64,000 bases of DNA from Candidatus Methanoxibalbensis ujae (GTDB lineage: Archaea; Halobacteriota; Syntropharchaeia; Alkanophagales; Methanospirareceae): the NCBI GenBank assembly GCA_026134085.1, contig JAOQIN010000001.1:21344-85343 (forward strand). Direction: 5' to 3'. Of the stretch, positions 18,762 through 27,554 are shown piece after piece (the first letter of the stretch is position 1; every line of letters begins with the position of its first letter). The notes beneath the pieces were generated by a model, which saw nothing but the letters and a program-made list of their open reading frames with translations, ran no database searches and was not told the origin of the DNA. A program made the position numbers and the translations under genes.

Positions 18762-18850
18762 AGCGGTGCAATGTGAAGCTGCAATGTGAAGCTGCAATGT
18801 GAAGCGTGATATGAGCGTTGATAATGGTGCGGTGAATGTGGTGCGGTGAA
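18762..18850. repeat. Intergenic tandem repeats (ctgcaatgtgaag x3; gtgcggtgaatg x2)
   Basis: Direct repeats are visible between the LbH gene and uppP. Confidence 0.7.
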
Positions 18851-19707
18851 TGATGCACGCACAGGCATTCCTCATAGGCGTGCTGCAAGGTGTTTTGGAA
18901 TGGCTGCCAGTGAGCAGTGAGGGCGTTATCTTCGTTATGCTCAATATCCTGGGCGCCGACCCGAGAGATGCGCTGTCTTACGCGATATTTCTCCATCTCG
19001 GAACAATGTTTGCATCAGTTCTGAGATTCAAAGGAGAATTTGCTTCAATGATGCGTTATATTGTATGTTCAATGAACCTTATCCGCAGGCGGGGCGGACA
19101 TGAGGAGGATGGTGTGCTGCTGCGTGTTGTTTTCATTGCAACTGCTGCAACCGGGATGACGGGCGTGCCTGTTCTGTTTCTGCTTCACGATCTCTTTGAT
19201 TATGTGAACAGCGTGAGCGGCGGAAGTGCGAGCGCTATAATCACACTTCTCATAGGGGCACTCCTCATTCTCACAGGCGTTGTCATAGGCCTGAGCGGTT
19301 CTGCAGCGTCTGACCACGAGCGATTCAGGAATATGGAGGACATGCGCCCGACTGAGGTTTTTTTTCTCGGCATTGTGCAGGGATTTGCGATTCTGCCCGG
19401 TGTTTCAAGGTCGGGGATGACGATAAGCTATCTGCTGTTGCGAGGAATAAATCAGGAAAGTGCATTGAGAGTGTCCTTTATCATAAGCGTTCCGGCAGTT
19501 CTCGGCGCTGTATCTGTGGAATCTCTGCGGCACCCCTTACCTTATTTCTCACTTAATGCTGCTATCATGTTCCTGACATCTCTCGCAATTGGATATGCAA
19601 CTATGGACATCCTGCTGAAAATTGCATCATCTCTCAATTTCTCAAAATTCTGCGTTTTCATAGGTATGATCGCAATAATGTTCGCAATTTTAATGATGTT
19701 ATATTAA
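18850..19707 (+). CDS. uppP: Undecaprenyl-diphosphatase UppP/BacA
   Basis: It has the EWLPVSSEG motif (compare EFLPISSSGH), 8 TM helices, and a second conserved region PGVSRSGMTI. Confidence 0.7.
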   Translation: MMHAQAFLIGVLQGVLEWLPVSSEGVIFVMLNILGADPRDALSYAIFLHLGTMFASVLRFKGEFASMMRYIVCSMNLIRRRGGHEEDGVLLRVVFIATAATGMTGVPVLFLLHDLFDYVNSVSGGSASAIITLLIGALLILTGVVIGLSGSAASDHERFRNMEDMRPTEVFFLGIVQGFAILPGVSRSGMTISYLLLRGINQESALRVSFIISVPAVLGAVSVESLRHPLPYFSLNAAIMFLTSLAIGYATMDILLKIASSLNFSKFCVFIGMIAIMFAILMMLY

Positions 19708-19835
19708 AATGATGTTATATTAAAAAATAACTGAACAATCAAAATAACAAATTTTTTCATATATATGAAAGAATTTTGAGATTGAAAAATACAATAATTT
19801 TATTTTATTGAGATTTTAAATGGGGGGAGTGGCGT

Positions 19836-20102
19836 GTGCGAGCCAGGGGCAAATGGGAGATAATTTCCGATATACTAAATGCGATGAATGAGGAGATAAG
19901 GCGGAGGGGTTATGCGAGGAAAACGAGAGTGATGCAAAAAGCGTTTTTGGACTGGCGAACTTTCCAGAAATATTTCGATTTCCTGATTGAACAGAAATTC
20001 ATAGAGGTGAATTCAAATGATAAAAAATATCGCATCACAGATAAGGGTCTTGAATTGCTCAGAAATCTGAGAGAAATAAGAAGATTTATGCATGATAAAT
20101 GA
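19836..20102 (+). CDS. Small winged-helix DNA-binding protein
   Basis: It is 88 aa and basic. Its helical pattern is consistent with a wHTH. It has an AT-rich promoter region upstream and a T-run downstream. Confidence 0.35.
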   Translation: MRARGKWEIISDILNAMNEEIRRRGYARKTRVMQKAFLDWRTFQKYFDFLIEQKFIEVNSNDKKYRITDKGLELLRNLREIRRFMHDK

Positions 20103-20139
20103 GAGATGTCTCCGCGTTATCCTCCTCACTGCAGTGAGG

Positions 20140-20200
20140 CGATGAAGTGCGGGCTTTTTTATTTTTTATTTTATCTTTTATATATGTCATGCTCCGTTAT
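20140..20200 (+). terminator. Oligo-T tract after the wHTH gene (gcgggcttttttattttttattttatctttt)
   Basis: This is an archaeal-style T-rich termination signal. Confidence 0.35.
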
Positions 20201-20269
20201 GCTGTTTTATCTTTTACGAAAATATCAAAAATATAATGTTATTTATGATAGCAGCATAAAGGTATTGCC

Positions 20270-22156
20270 ATGTGTGGGATAATAGGGTATATAGGCGAGG
20301 AGAATGCTGTTTATTTTCTGCTAAAAGGTCTTAAAAACCTTGAATATCGTGGTTACGATTCTGCGGGCATAGCTGTTCTGTCTGATGTGATAAAATGGAA
20401 GAAGGTTGCTGGCAGGGTTGAGGAACTGTGCAGCCGTGTGAACCCGAGAGAAATGAGCGGGCGCATAGGTATAGCTCACACGAGATGGGCGACGCACGGC
20501 GCTGTTACTGAGAGGAATGCGCACCCGCATTTTGATTGCACATTCAGTATAGCTGTTGTGCACAATGGCATCATAGAGAACCACCGGCATTTAAAGGAGA
20601 TTCTGCGTGAGAAGGGGCATAAGTTCAGCAGTGACACGGATTCTGAGGTGATTGCGCATCTGATAGAGGATGCGCTTCTTTTAAACAGGGATTTCGTGAG
20701 CGCGTGCATGCATGCTTTCTCATCGCTTGAAGGAAGTTTCGCCGCAATTGTGATGAAAGAGGGAGAGCATAAAATAGTTGGTGTGAGAAAGGACTCTCCG
20801 CTCGTCATCGGTGTCTCCGCGAGGGGCATATTCCTCGCATCCGACATACCTTCGTTTCTTGAGTGGACAAATCGCGTGATATATCTGCACAACTACGACA
20901 TGGTCGTCGTTGATGCTGATCCGGCACCGGATGCGTGCGGTGATGTGCGCAATGTGCGCGATATGTGCGATGTGCGCGATGTTAACAATCATTGCGGTGC
21001 CAGTCATTGCGGTGCGCTCAGTGCGCTGACGGAGAAGCATGCGAGCATCCGGATATATAATCTCAATGAGGGACTCGTTCAAAGACCTGTTGATTCTGTG
21101 GAGGTGGACATAGAACAGGCGAAAAAAGGAGAATTCAGGCATTTCATGCTGAAGGAGATAACAGAACAGGCGGACACAATAAAAAAAGCGATACAACAGG
21201 ATGAGGAAACTGTGAAGAATGTGATTGATGCCATAAAAAACGCGTTCGGTATATTTTTCATTGGATGTGGCTCAAGTTATCACGCATGTCTCGCCGGCAG
21301 TTATCTGTTTTCTCGCATTGCAAAGACGCATGTTAACGCAGTTCTCGCATCTGAATTTGAGAATTATGAGCATTTCCTCACAGATAAAACGCTTGTTTTT
21401 GCTGTATCGCAGTCTGGAGAGACGGCAGATGTGCTTGATGCTGTGCGTGTTGCGAGAGACAGGGGGAGCAGGGTGATAAGCATTGTGAATATGATGGGAT
21501 GCTCGCTCACGAGGGAAAGCGATGAATGCCTGTTGATGAACGCGGGTCCTGAGATATGTGTTCTCTCAACAAAAACATACACATCGCAGGTGACTTTGAT
21601 GGCGATGCTCGCATATGCACTCGCTGGAAATTATGATGATTTTGTATCTGAGGTCAAGCGATTGTATCTTGACATTTACAATCTCACCTCAAGAACTATG
21701 AGGGAGCGTCTGTGTGAAGTGGCGAAGATGCTCGCTGACAAAGAGCATATATATCTGATAGGCAGAGGTCTGCAGTATGCCACAGCGCTTGAGGCTGCTC
21801 TCAAAATAAAGGAGGTCTCATACATACATGCGGAGGCGTTTGCAGGTGGCGAGCTGAAACACGGACCCCTCGCTTTGATAGATAAGGGAACTCCCTGCAT
21901 AGTTTTCGTTTCAAAGGACAACGCCTCAAAAATAATCTCAAACGCGGAGGAAGTAAGAGCGAGGGGAGGATACATAATTGGAATATCTTCAGTGAATTAT
22001 GACTTTGACTGCTGGATAAAAGTGCCGGACAGTGATATGCTCAACCCCGTTGTTCAGATAATACCCGTCCAGATACTCGCTTATCAACTTGCACTGCTGC
22101 GCGGACTCGACCCGGATAAGCCGAGAAACCTCGCCAAAAGCGTGACAGTTACCTGA
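20270..22156 (+). CDS. glmS: Glutamine--fructose-6-phosphate aminotransferase GlmS with in-frame repeat insert
   Basis: It starts MCGIIGYIG with the N-terminal nucleophile Cys, has two SIS domains, and is 628 aa. The insert DACGDVRNVRDMCDVRDVNNHCGASHCGA is encoded by DNA tandem repeats at about 20930-21010. Confidence 0.9.
   Translation: MCGIIGYIGEENAVYFLLKGLKNLEYRGYDSAGIAVLSDVIKWKKVAGRVEELCSRVNPREMSGRIGIAHTRWATHGAVTERNAHPHFDCTFSIAVVHNGIIENHRHLKEILREKGHKFSSDTDSEVIAHLIEDALLLNRDFVSACMHAFSSLEGSFAAIVMKEGEHKIVGVRKDSPLVIGVSARGIFLASDIPSFLEWTNRVIYLHNYDMVVVDADPAPDACGDVRNVRDMCDVRDVNNHCGASHCGALSALTEKHASIRIYNLNEGLVQRPVDSVEVDIEQAKKGEFRHFMLKEITEQADTIKKAIQQDEETVKNVIDAIKNAFGIFFIGCGSSYHACLAGSYLFSRIAKTHVNAVLASEFENYEHFLTDKTLVFAVSQSGETADVLDAVRVARDRGSRVISIVNMMGCSLTRESDECLLMNAGPEICVLSTKTYTSQVTLMAMLAYALAGNYDDFVSEVKRLYLDIYNLTSRTMRERLCEVAKMLADKEHIYLIGRGLQYATALEAALKIKEVSYIHAEAFAGGELKHGPLALIDKGTPCIVFVSKDNASKIISNAEEVRARGGYIIGISSVNYDFDCWIKVPDSDMLNPVVQIIPVQILAYQLALLRGLDPDKPRNLAKSVTVT
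20930..21012 (+). repeat. In-frame tandem repeats inside glmS (gtgcgcaatgtgcgcgatatgtgcgatgtgcgcgatgtt; aatcattgcggtgccagtcattgcggtgcg)
   Basis: The repeats are visible in the DNA and maintain the reading frame. Confidence 0.7.
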
Positions 22157-22206
22157 CCCGTCATCCTGTTTTCTCTCTTCCTCTGTTTTCCTTTTTCTCA
22201 TGTCTC

Positions 22207-22872
22207 ATGTCATCGACTGACTCTGATGACTCAGCTGATTCTGATGACTCAGGAGAGTTCTATCACTTTCACTGGCGAAGCGTTATGCTTTTATTTTTTT
22301 CAGATTTTATTTTTGGCATGGGTGATGGCAGACTCAATATGACCGTGCTCGGTGAAAAATTGCGAGCGAACACAGAGGCTGTGAAGTTTGTCATAAAATT
22401 CGTTTCAATCATTATTGCGTTTTACACAGCATATTATCTGCTCTCAGCGGGCGAATCTCAGTTTATGTCGTCGCTCAAAAGCATTACAGCATCCATTACT
22501 GCTGCTGTCCTGTCTCTTTTCGGCATAAATACGAGTGTAACAGGAGCGCTTATCAGTGTGGATGGATTCTCGCTTGAGATCATAGATGAATGCACAGCGA
22601 TTTTCTCATCAATAGTGTATTCAGCATGCGTCATAGCATATCCAACATCATGGAGGAAAAGATGCATAGGAATCGCCATCGGCATACCATCCCTTTATGC
22701 ACTCAACATCACGAGACTCGTGATCCTGACGATGGTGGGCATACACAGTCTGAGCGCATTTGACTTCCTGCATGTCTACCTCTGGCAGGCATCCTTCATA
22801 ATATTTGTTGTTCTCATGTTCATGCTGTGGCTCATGTTCGTCGTGCAACATCGCAACGGAGACAGGGAGTGA
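22207..22872 (+). CDS. Exosortase/archaeosortase-family-like polytopic membrane protein (candidate)
   Basis: It has multiple TM helices. A Cys lies in a TM helix (EIIDECTAIF), followed by a basic loop (SWRKRC) and N-x-x-R (ALNITRLVIL). That spacing is reminiscent of the exosortase Cys/Arg/Asn catalytic residues. The true start is probably internal (MLLFF or MTVLGEK). Confidence 0.35.
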   Translation: MSSTDSDDSADSDDSGEFYHFHWRSVMLLFFSDFIFGMGDGRLNMTVLGEKLRANTEAVKFVIKFVSIIIAFYTAYYLLSAGESQFMSSLKSITASITAAVLSLFGINTSVTGALISVDGFSLEIIDECTAIFSSIVYSACVIAYPTSWRKRCIGIAIGIPSLYALNITRLVILTMVGIHSLSAFDFLHVYLWQASFIIFVVLMFMLWLMFVVQHRNGDRE

Positions 22873-22933
22873 GAATGAGAGTGAGAATGAATGAGAATGA
22901 AAACAAAAACAAAAAAAAGAGAGGGAGCGAGAA

Positions 22934-23566
22934 ATGGAAATAAGAATGGAAGCTCAAGCATTGAAAGATGCTGCGAAGTTCCTCATTTTTTTCTTATGCG
23001 CATCTGCAGCACTTCTGTCGCTCTGGTGGTTTGCAGGCAGGTTTTATCAGGATATCGTTTTCATATGCGGAAAGCATATACTGCTTGCGATGGGATACAC
23101 GCACGCTCAGATATACGCTGTGAGGTTGCGGGAAGCATATCTCACGAACTTCAACATTGTTGCACTGCTCTCACTCGCGATTGCAACGCCATCTCTTCGC
23201 ATCCGCGAGCGATTCAAAATGCTTGCTTACGGCATACCTCTCCTCTTCACAATACATCTCACGGACTTTGTCGCTCATTTCCCCGCTGTCATACACAATG
23301 ATGAGTTTGCGAAGTTCATTGTTCTCTCCATAGGTGTTGTCGGCATGGCAGCGCCCTTTGTGGTCTGGTTCTGCATATCTTATGATGCGCTGTTCAAACC
23401 ACTGCTTGCACATCGTACTGCTGTTTATCAATGCCCCGTCTGCAATATGGAAACACACGATATCATCGCCCATATAGTAGAGGCGCACGGTAAAAAGGCT
23501 ATTAAAAGCAGAAAAGTGCGGGAATTCCTCAAAAAACATCCTGAACTGAACTCATCAAAAAGGTAA
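22934..23566 (+). CDS. Membrane protein with C-terminal C2H2-like zinc-finger tail
   Basis: It has 5-6 TM helices followed by CPVCNMETHDIIAHIVEAH (CxxC...H-x4-H-x5-H). Confidence 0.35.
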   Translation: MEIRMEAQALKDAAKFLIFFLCASAALLSLWWFAGRFYQDIVFICGKHILLAMGYTHAQIYAVRLREAYLTNFNIVALLSLAIATPSLRIRERFKMLAYGIPLLFTIHLTDFVAHFPAVIHNDEFAKFIVLSIGVVGMAAPFVVWFCISYDALFKPLLAHRTAVYQCPVCNMETHDIIAHIVEAHGKKAIKSRKVREFLKKHPELNSSKR

Positions 23567-23728
23567 TCCTCTTTCCATCTCATATATATACGATTTTCTC
23601 CATCAATTGTTTCAAATTTGTTGCAAATATGTGAAATTTTTATTTATGTTTATTGAAATATTGCTGACAACATTGGTTGAGTTTAAATACCCCATCGGAG
23701 TTTTAAGTTTTTGGAGGTGATGCAGATA

Positions 23729-25678
23729 ATGAAATATCGTGTGGTATTGCTTATCGCCGCGGTGATCACGTTCTCCGCAACCGCAATCGCAACAATGAGC
23801 GGCAGTTCAGTGGAGCCGATGAGTCATTCTTCAGACTCAACTTTCAATCCAAGCACTGTGGGAGCGGATATGACTGTAAACATTGCATTGAACGTATCCA
23901 ACAGCGGTAATGACAGTATAACTGTGGTCTATCTCTACGAGTCCTATCCTTATGATAACTTCGATAATTTGAGCTATCTGACACCACCGGATGGCTGGAC
24001 AGCCTCAAAGGCAGTTTCGGGAGGTCAGGAGTATATAAAATGGGAGAGCACAAATGAATCGCAGTATAATATACCTGCGGAAGAAAGTTTGCAGTTCAGC
24101 TTCTCGGTGAAAACGCCTGCTTCAGGAGGCACATACACATGGAGTGTCAGGACATATGATAATGCAGGAGGCTATTTTGACGACACTGTTGGTCTTGAGG
24201 TGGATGCCACTCCTCCGCAGATCGGCAATATAACGCCGAACAAATCAGCGCCTGTTTACACGAAATATTGCGAAGAGATATGGGTGAACTTCACAACGGA
24301 CAGCTCTGCGGAGAACAACCCATATAACATCACGATATACAGAGATGGGGACATTGCGAACATCACTTCAGGAACAAATATAACAGAGGATGCCGCAGCA
24401 CACACGGACGGCAGATGGAGCTTCCTCATACACATAGACACGAATGAAAGCTGCAACTACACCGTGCGTGTTACGGTTGAGGATGAGTATGGAAACAGGA
24501 ACACCTCTGAAGAAACAGATGCGGTTATCATAGACAATGAGGCGCCCTCAGTGGACATAACATCGCCGACGGAATCGTCACCATACATATTGCCCGTAAC
24601 GGAGGACAATGTCTCAGTCAGCTTTGATGTGTCTGATAACAAGCCATTCGCACTGCAGTTTTACAACATTTCAGTTGGCGATGTCTGGTGCAACGGCACA
24701 CTTCCATCGCAGAACACCTCAATGAATGTCTCATGCGACATATCATCACTGTCGGAGGGCTGGCATGACATCACCGTATATGTGAGCGACAAATCTGGAA
24801 ATGAAGCAAGCGATACTGAGGTCAATGCAGTTTTGGTTGATAAAACAGCGCCCTCGCAGGTCACAGATCTGACAGTGGAATACAATGAGACCTCAGGATG
24901 TATTGACCTGAGCTGGAGTGCTGCAAATGATGCTCTGAGCGGCGTTGCATATTATCGTATATACAGAAATGACACAAAATGCTCAAACCTACCAGGAGAC
25001 CTTGTTGCTGTTGTGGATGCCAGCGATACATCGTGGACAGATGAAGCCTTCCTTGAGGATGGGCAGACATATTATTATGTGGTGACTGCGGTTGACAGTG
25101 CCGGAAACGAGAACAAATCAATAACAGGCGAGAACTGCGGCAGCGCTACATACACAGCGAAATATTACTCAATATCACTGACCAAAGGATGGAACCTCAT
25201 ATCACTGCCGCTTATTCCTGAAAACGAGTCCATAGACAGCGTTCTCGCAGATTGCATGGATGAGATAGACAGTGTGCATGCATATGATGCCCGGAACGGG
25301 ACATGGCTTACCTGGAGACCCTACTTTGGCGGCACGCTTACGACTATGACAACAGGAAAGGGATACTGGATATTTATGGATGATGCCTGCACATTCAGAT
25401 ACAGAGGCTATTACCTGAATCCTGGAGCGCTGCCACCGTCATATGAGGTTGTGGAGGGATGGAACCTCATCGGATTCCACTCATTGCGCACAAATGTCAC
25501 ACCGGCGCAATATCTTGAAGGGGTCCGCTACACAGAACCTCTCTACGGTTATGAGGATGGCAGATGGATACTGTATTGCAATGGTCTATACTGCGACAGG
25601 AATTTCATGGATATAGGCAAGGGCTACTGGGTTTATGTCACCCAACCGGGCACAATCGTGCCGCACGAAGAGCGGTGA
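23729..25678 (+). CDS. Secreted/cell-surface protein with signal peptide and fibronectin-III-like domain
   Basis: The N-terminus MKYRVVLLIAAVITFSATAIA is a signal peptide. A GGAGG RBS lies about 10 nt upstream of this ATG. It has an FN3-like segment (YYRIYRND...DTSWTDEAFLEDGQTYYYVVTAVDSAGNE) and many N-x-S/T sequons. Confidence 0.55.
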   Translation: MKYRVVLLIAAVITFSATAIATMSGSSVEPMSHSSDSTFNPSTVGADMTVNIALNVSNSGNDSITVVYLYESYPYDNFDNLSYLTPPDGWTASKAVSGGQEYIKWESTNESQYNIPAEESLQFSFSVKTPASGGTYTWSVRTYDNAGGYFDDTVGLEVDATPPQIGNITPNKSAPVYTKYCEEIWVNFTTDSSAENNPYNITIYRDGDIANITSGTNITEDAAAHTDGRWSFLIHIDTNESCNYTVRVTVEDEYGNRNTSEETDAVIIDNEAPSVDITSPTESSPYILPVTEDNVSVSFDVSDNKPFALQFYNISVGDVWCNGTLPSQNTSMNVSCDISSLSEGWHDITVYVSDKSGNEASDTEVNAVLVDKTAPSQVTDLTVEYNETSGCIDLSWSAANDALSGVAYYRIYRNDTKCSNLPGDLVAVVDASDTSWTDEAFLEDGQTYYYVVTAVDSAGNENKSITGENCGSATYTAKYYSISLTKGWNLISLPLIPENESIDSVLADCMDEIDSVHAYDARNGTWLTWRPYFGGTLTTMTTGKGYWIFMDDACTFRYRGYYLNPGALPPSYEVVEGWNLIGFHSLRTNVTPAQYLEGVRYTEPLYGYEDGRWILYCNGLYCDRNFMDIGKGYWVYVTQPGTIVPHEER

Positions 25679-25689
25679 ATGTGTATGAT

Positions 25690-25745
25690 TTGATTTCCTT
25701 TTTTTCTTTTTTGTTTTTGTTTTTTTTCTTTTTTGGGCTCGTGTA
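25690..25745 (+). terminator. Oligo-T terminator-like tract after the secreted protein gene
   Basis: The tract reads tttcctttttttcttttttgtttttgttttttttcttttttggg. Confidence 0.4.
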
Positions 25746-25800
25746 GGTGTCGGTGTCGGTGAGCTGGCGTGAAGAAATGAAGCGGAGGAGGTGTATATGA

Positions 25801-26868
25801 ATGAGATTGTATGTATTTGCAGCAGTTCTGTTATTTACCTGTGCAGTGTGCGGACAGCCATCACCACCTTGTGATGCAGTTTTCTGGGGAAATGTCACGA
25901 TAAACGGCAGTATCGCCCCTAATGGAACAATCGCTTCGGCATGGATAAATAATGTGATGATGGACAGTTGCGAAACGGAGAATTGGAAGGGGACCGCGTA
26001 TGGAAAGGTGTATAATTACAAGCTGCATGTTGGAGGAAAAAGCGGCGACATCGTTGAGTTCAAGATATACAACGCGACTGTTCACACAGACACGCTTGAC
26101 TGTGGAGAGACAACAAATCTCGACCTGCATCTCTGGGATGAGGATGTGGATGAAAGCGCACAGATCTCAATAAACTACACAGAAGGCAAAGCCAACCTGA
26201 CAGTTGAGTGGACAGCAGGACGTGACACGACCGGCATCTCGCATTATGAATTGTGGCGCAGATATGAGAGCGAAAATTTCACACTCGTCGCAAGGTTGAA
26301 CGCAACAGATAGGGAATACACAGATACAAACCTCCTCTCAGGTAACTACACATATAAACTCTGCACTGTTGACTTCGTGGGCAACAAGAACTGCACAGAG
26401 GCAAATGTAACCGTCGTTGGTGGAGTGGAGGGAGGAAAAATTATCGGGAGCGTGACATACACATGCAATAACACGGGCATTCCGAATGTGAGTGTGTCGC
26501 TTATGAGAGACGGGGAGATAATAAGAGACACGAAAACGAACGAAACGGGACAGTTCTTATTTGAGGACCTTAGTGAGGGCAATTACTCAATAAAAGTGTC
26601 AAAACCTCACTTCTTTGATAATGAAACTGATGTCTCCTTGATCGCAGGAGATGAATCCGACATATCATTGAGGATGTGGATCAAAGGAGATCTCAACAAC
26701 AACGGCAGAAGCGCTGATGCAGGTGATGTATCCCTCATGCTCAAGGGCTCAGTTCTCATTATAGAGCCGGACTGGAGATATGACCTGAACAACAACGGAA
26801 AACTCGCAGATGCAGGTGATGTCCTCCTGATCCTGAAGGCTTCCGTCGGTTATATAGAGCTGATATAA
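25801..26868 (+). CDS. Secreted protein with FN3 domain, carboxypeptidase-regulatory/Cna-B-like domain, and two C-terminal dockerin-like repeats
   Basis: It has a signal peptide (MRLYVFAAVLLFTCAVCG). It has an FN3 domain (YELWRRYE...GNYTYKLCTVDFVGNKN) and a CarbopepD_reg-like segment (GSVTYTCNNTGIPNVSVSLMRDGEII...TGQFLFEDLSEGNYSIKVSKPHF). The dockerin repeats are DLNNNGRSADAGDV and DLNNNGKLADAGDV. Confidence 0.55.
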   Translation: MRLYVFAAVLLFTCAVCGQPSPPCDAVFWGNVTINGSIAPNGTIASAWINNVMMDSCETENWKGTAYGKVYNYKLHVGGKSGDIVEFKIYNATVHTDTLDCGETTNLDLHLWDEDVDESAQISINYTEGKANLTVEWTAGRDTTGISHYELWRRYESENFTLVARLNATDREYTDTNLLSGNYTYKLCTVDFVGNKNCTEANVTVVGGVEGGKIIGSVTYTCNNTGIPNVSVSLMRDGEIIRDTKTNETGQFLFEDLSEGNYSIKVSKPHFFDNETDVSLIAGDESDISLRMWIKGDLNNNGRSADAGDVSLMLKGSVLIIEPDWRYDLNNNGKLADAGDVLLILKASVGYIELI

Positions 26869-26957
26869 CTCCCCCTCCTCTAACCTTCTTTTTCTTTATG
26901 TTTCAATAAACACAATAAAATCAAAAATTATTCCTCTCCTCATCCCCTCATCATTTT

Positions 26958-26995
26958 CTCATTCCTGAAGTTTTTCTCATTCCTGAAGTTAAAAG
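26958..26995. repeat. Direct repeat tttttctcattcctgaagt x2
   Basis: It is visible in the 690-bp non-coding region downstream of the dockerin gene. Confidence 0.6.
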
Positions 26996-27554
26996 CAGCT
27001 AAAAGCAAAAAACGGATACTGACCAAAGGGACTGAAACAGGATTAGAGAATGCTTCACGGAGATGCCGTATTCGTGGGCGCGTCGGCTTGAAAAAATAGA
27101 TGGCTTAAAAAATCTGAAGTTGTGAGACTGGACGCTCTTGACATATCACGAAGTTTTACAATGTGCTGGAGCATGCAGAATGGGTTAAAGTGCAACATCC
27201 GTGTTCTCATATTCGGACCAGCAGTGCGAGTTCCTGTTCAGCTCATATTAACGCGCGAGGTGCTGCGGAAGCAACTGCTCCACGCTCGTTCGAGTGCTGT
27301 ATTTCTTCTGAGAGGAGTGAGACTTTTTTCGCACAGACTTTTTTCGCACAAAAAGAAAACGTGCAAAAAGAAAAATCAGTCAGCAAAATCATGCCTTTAA
27401 CCTCCAGTTTTGCGAAATCCTCTTTTTTCATACCCGGCCCCCCACCGTCTTTTGTCGTTCATAATTTTTATGAAAAATTCTCAAATAGTTTTTTTATATC
27501 TCTCGCTTTTAGAGAGCAGGGAGAAACATCAGTGATAAAAAAAAGGGAGGAATT

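Noticed and set aside
22207-22872. Confident call of the 221-aa membrane protein as archaeosortase A
   Set aside because: Only the Cys/basic-loop/N-x-x-R spacing matches. The protein is shorter than ArtA, and no PGF-CTERM substrate is evident nearby. It is kept as a candidate only.
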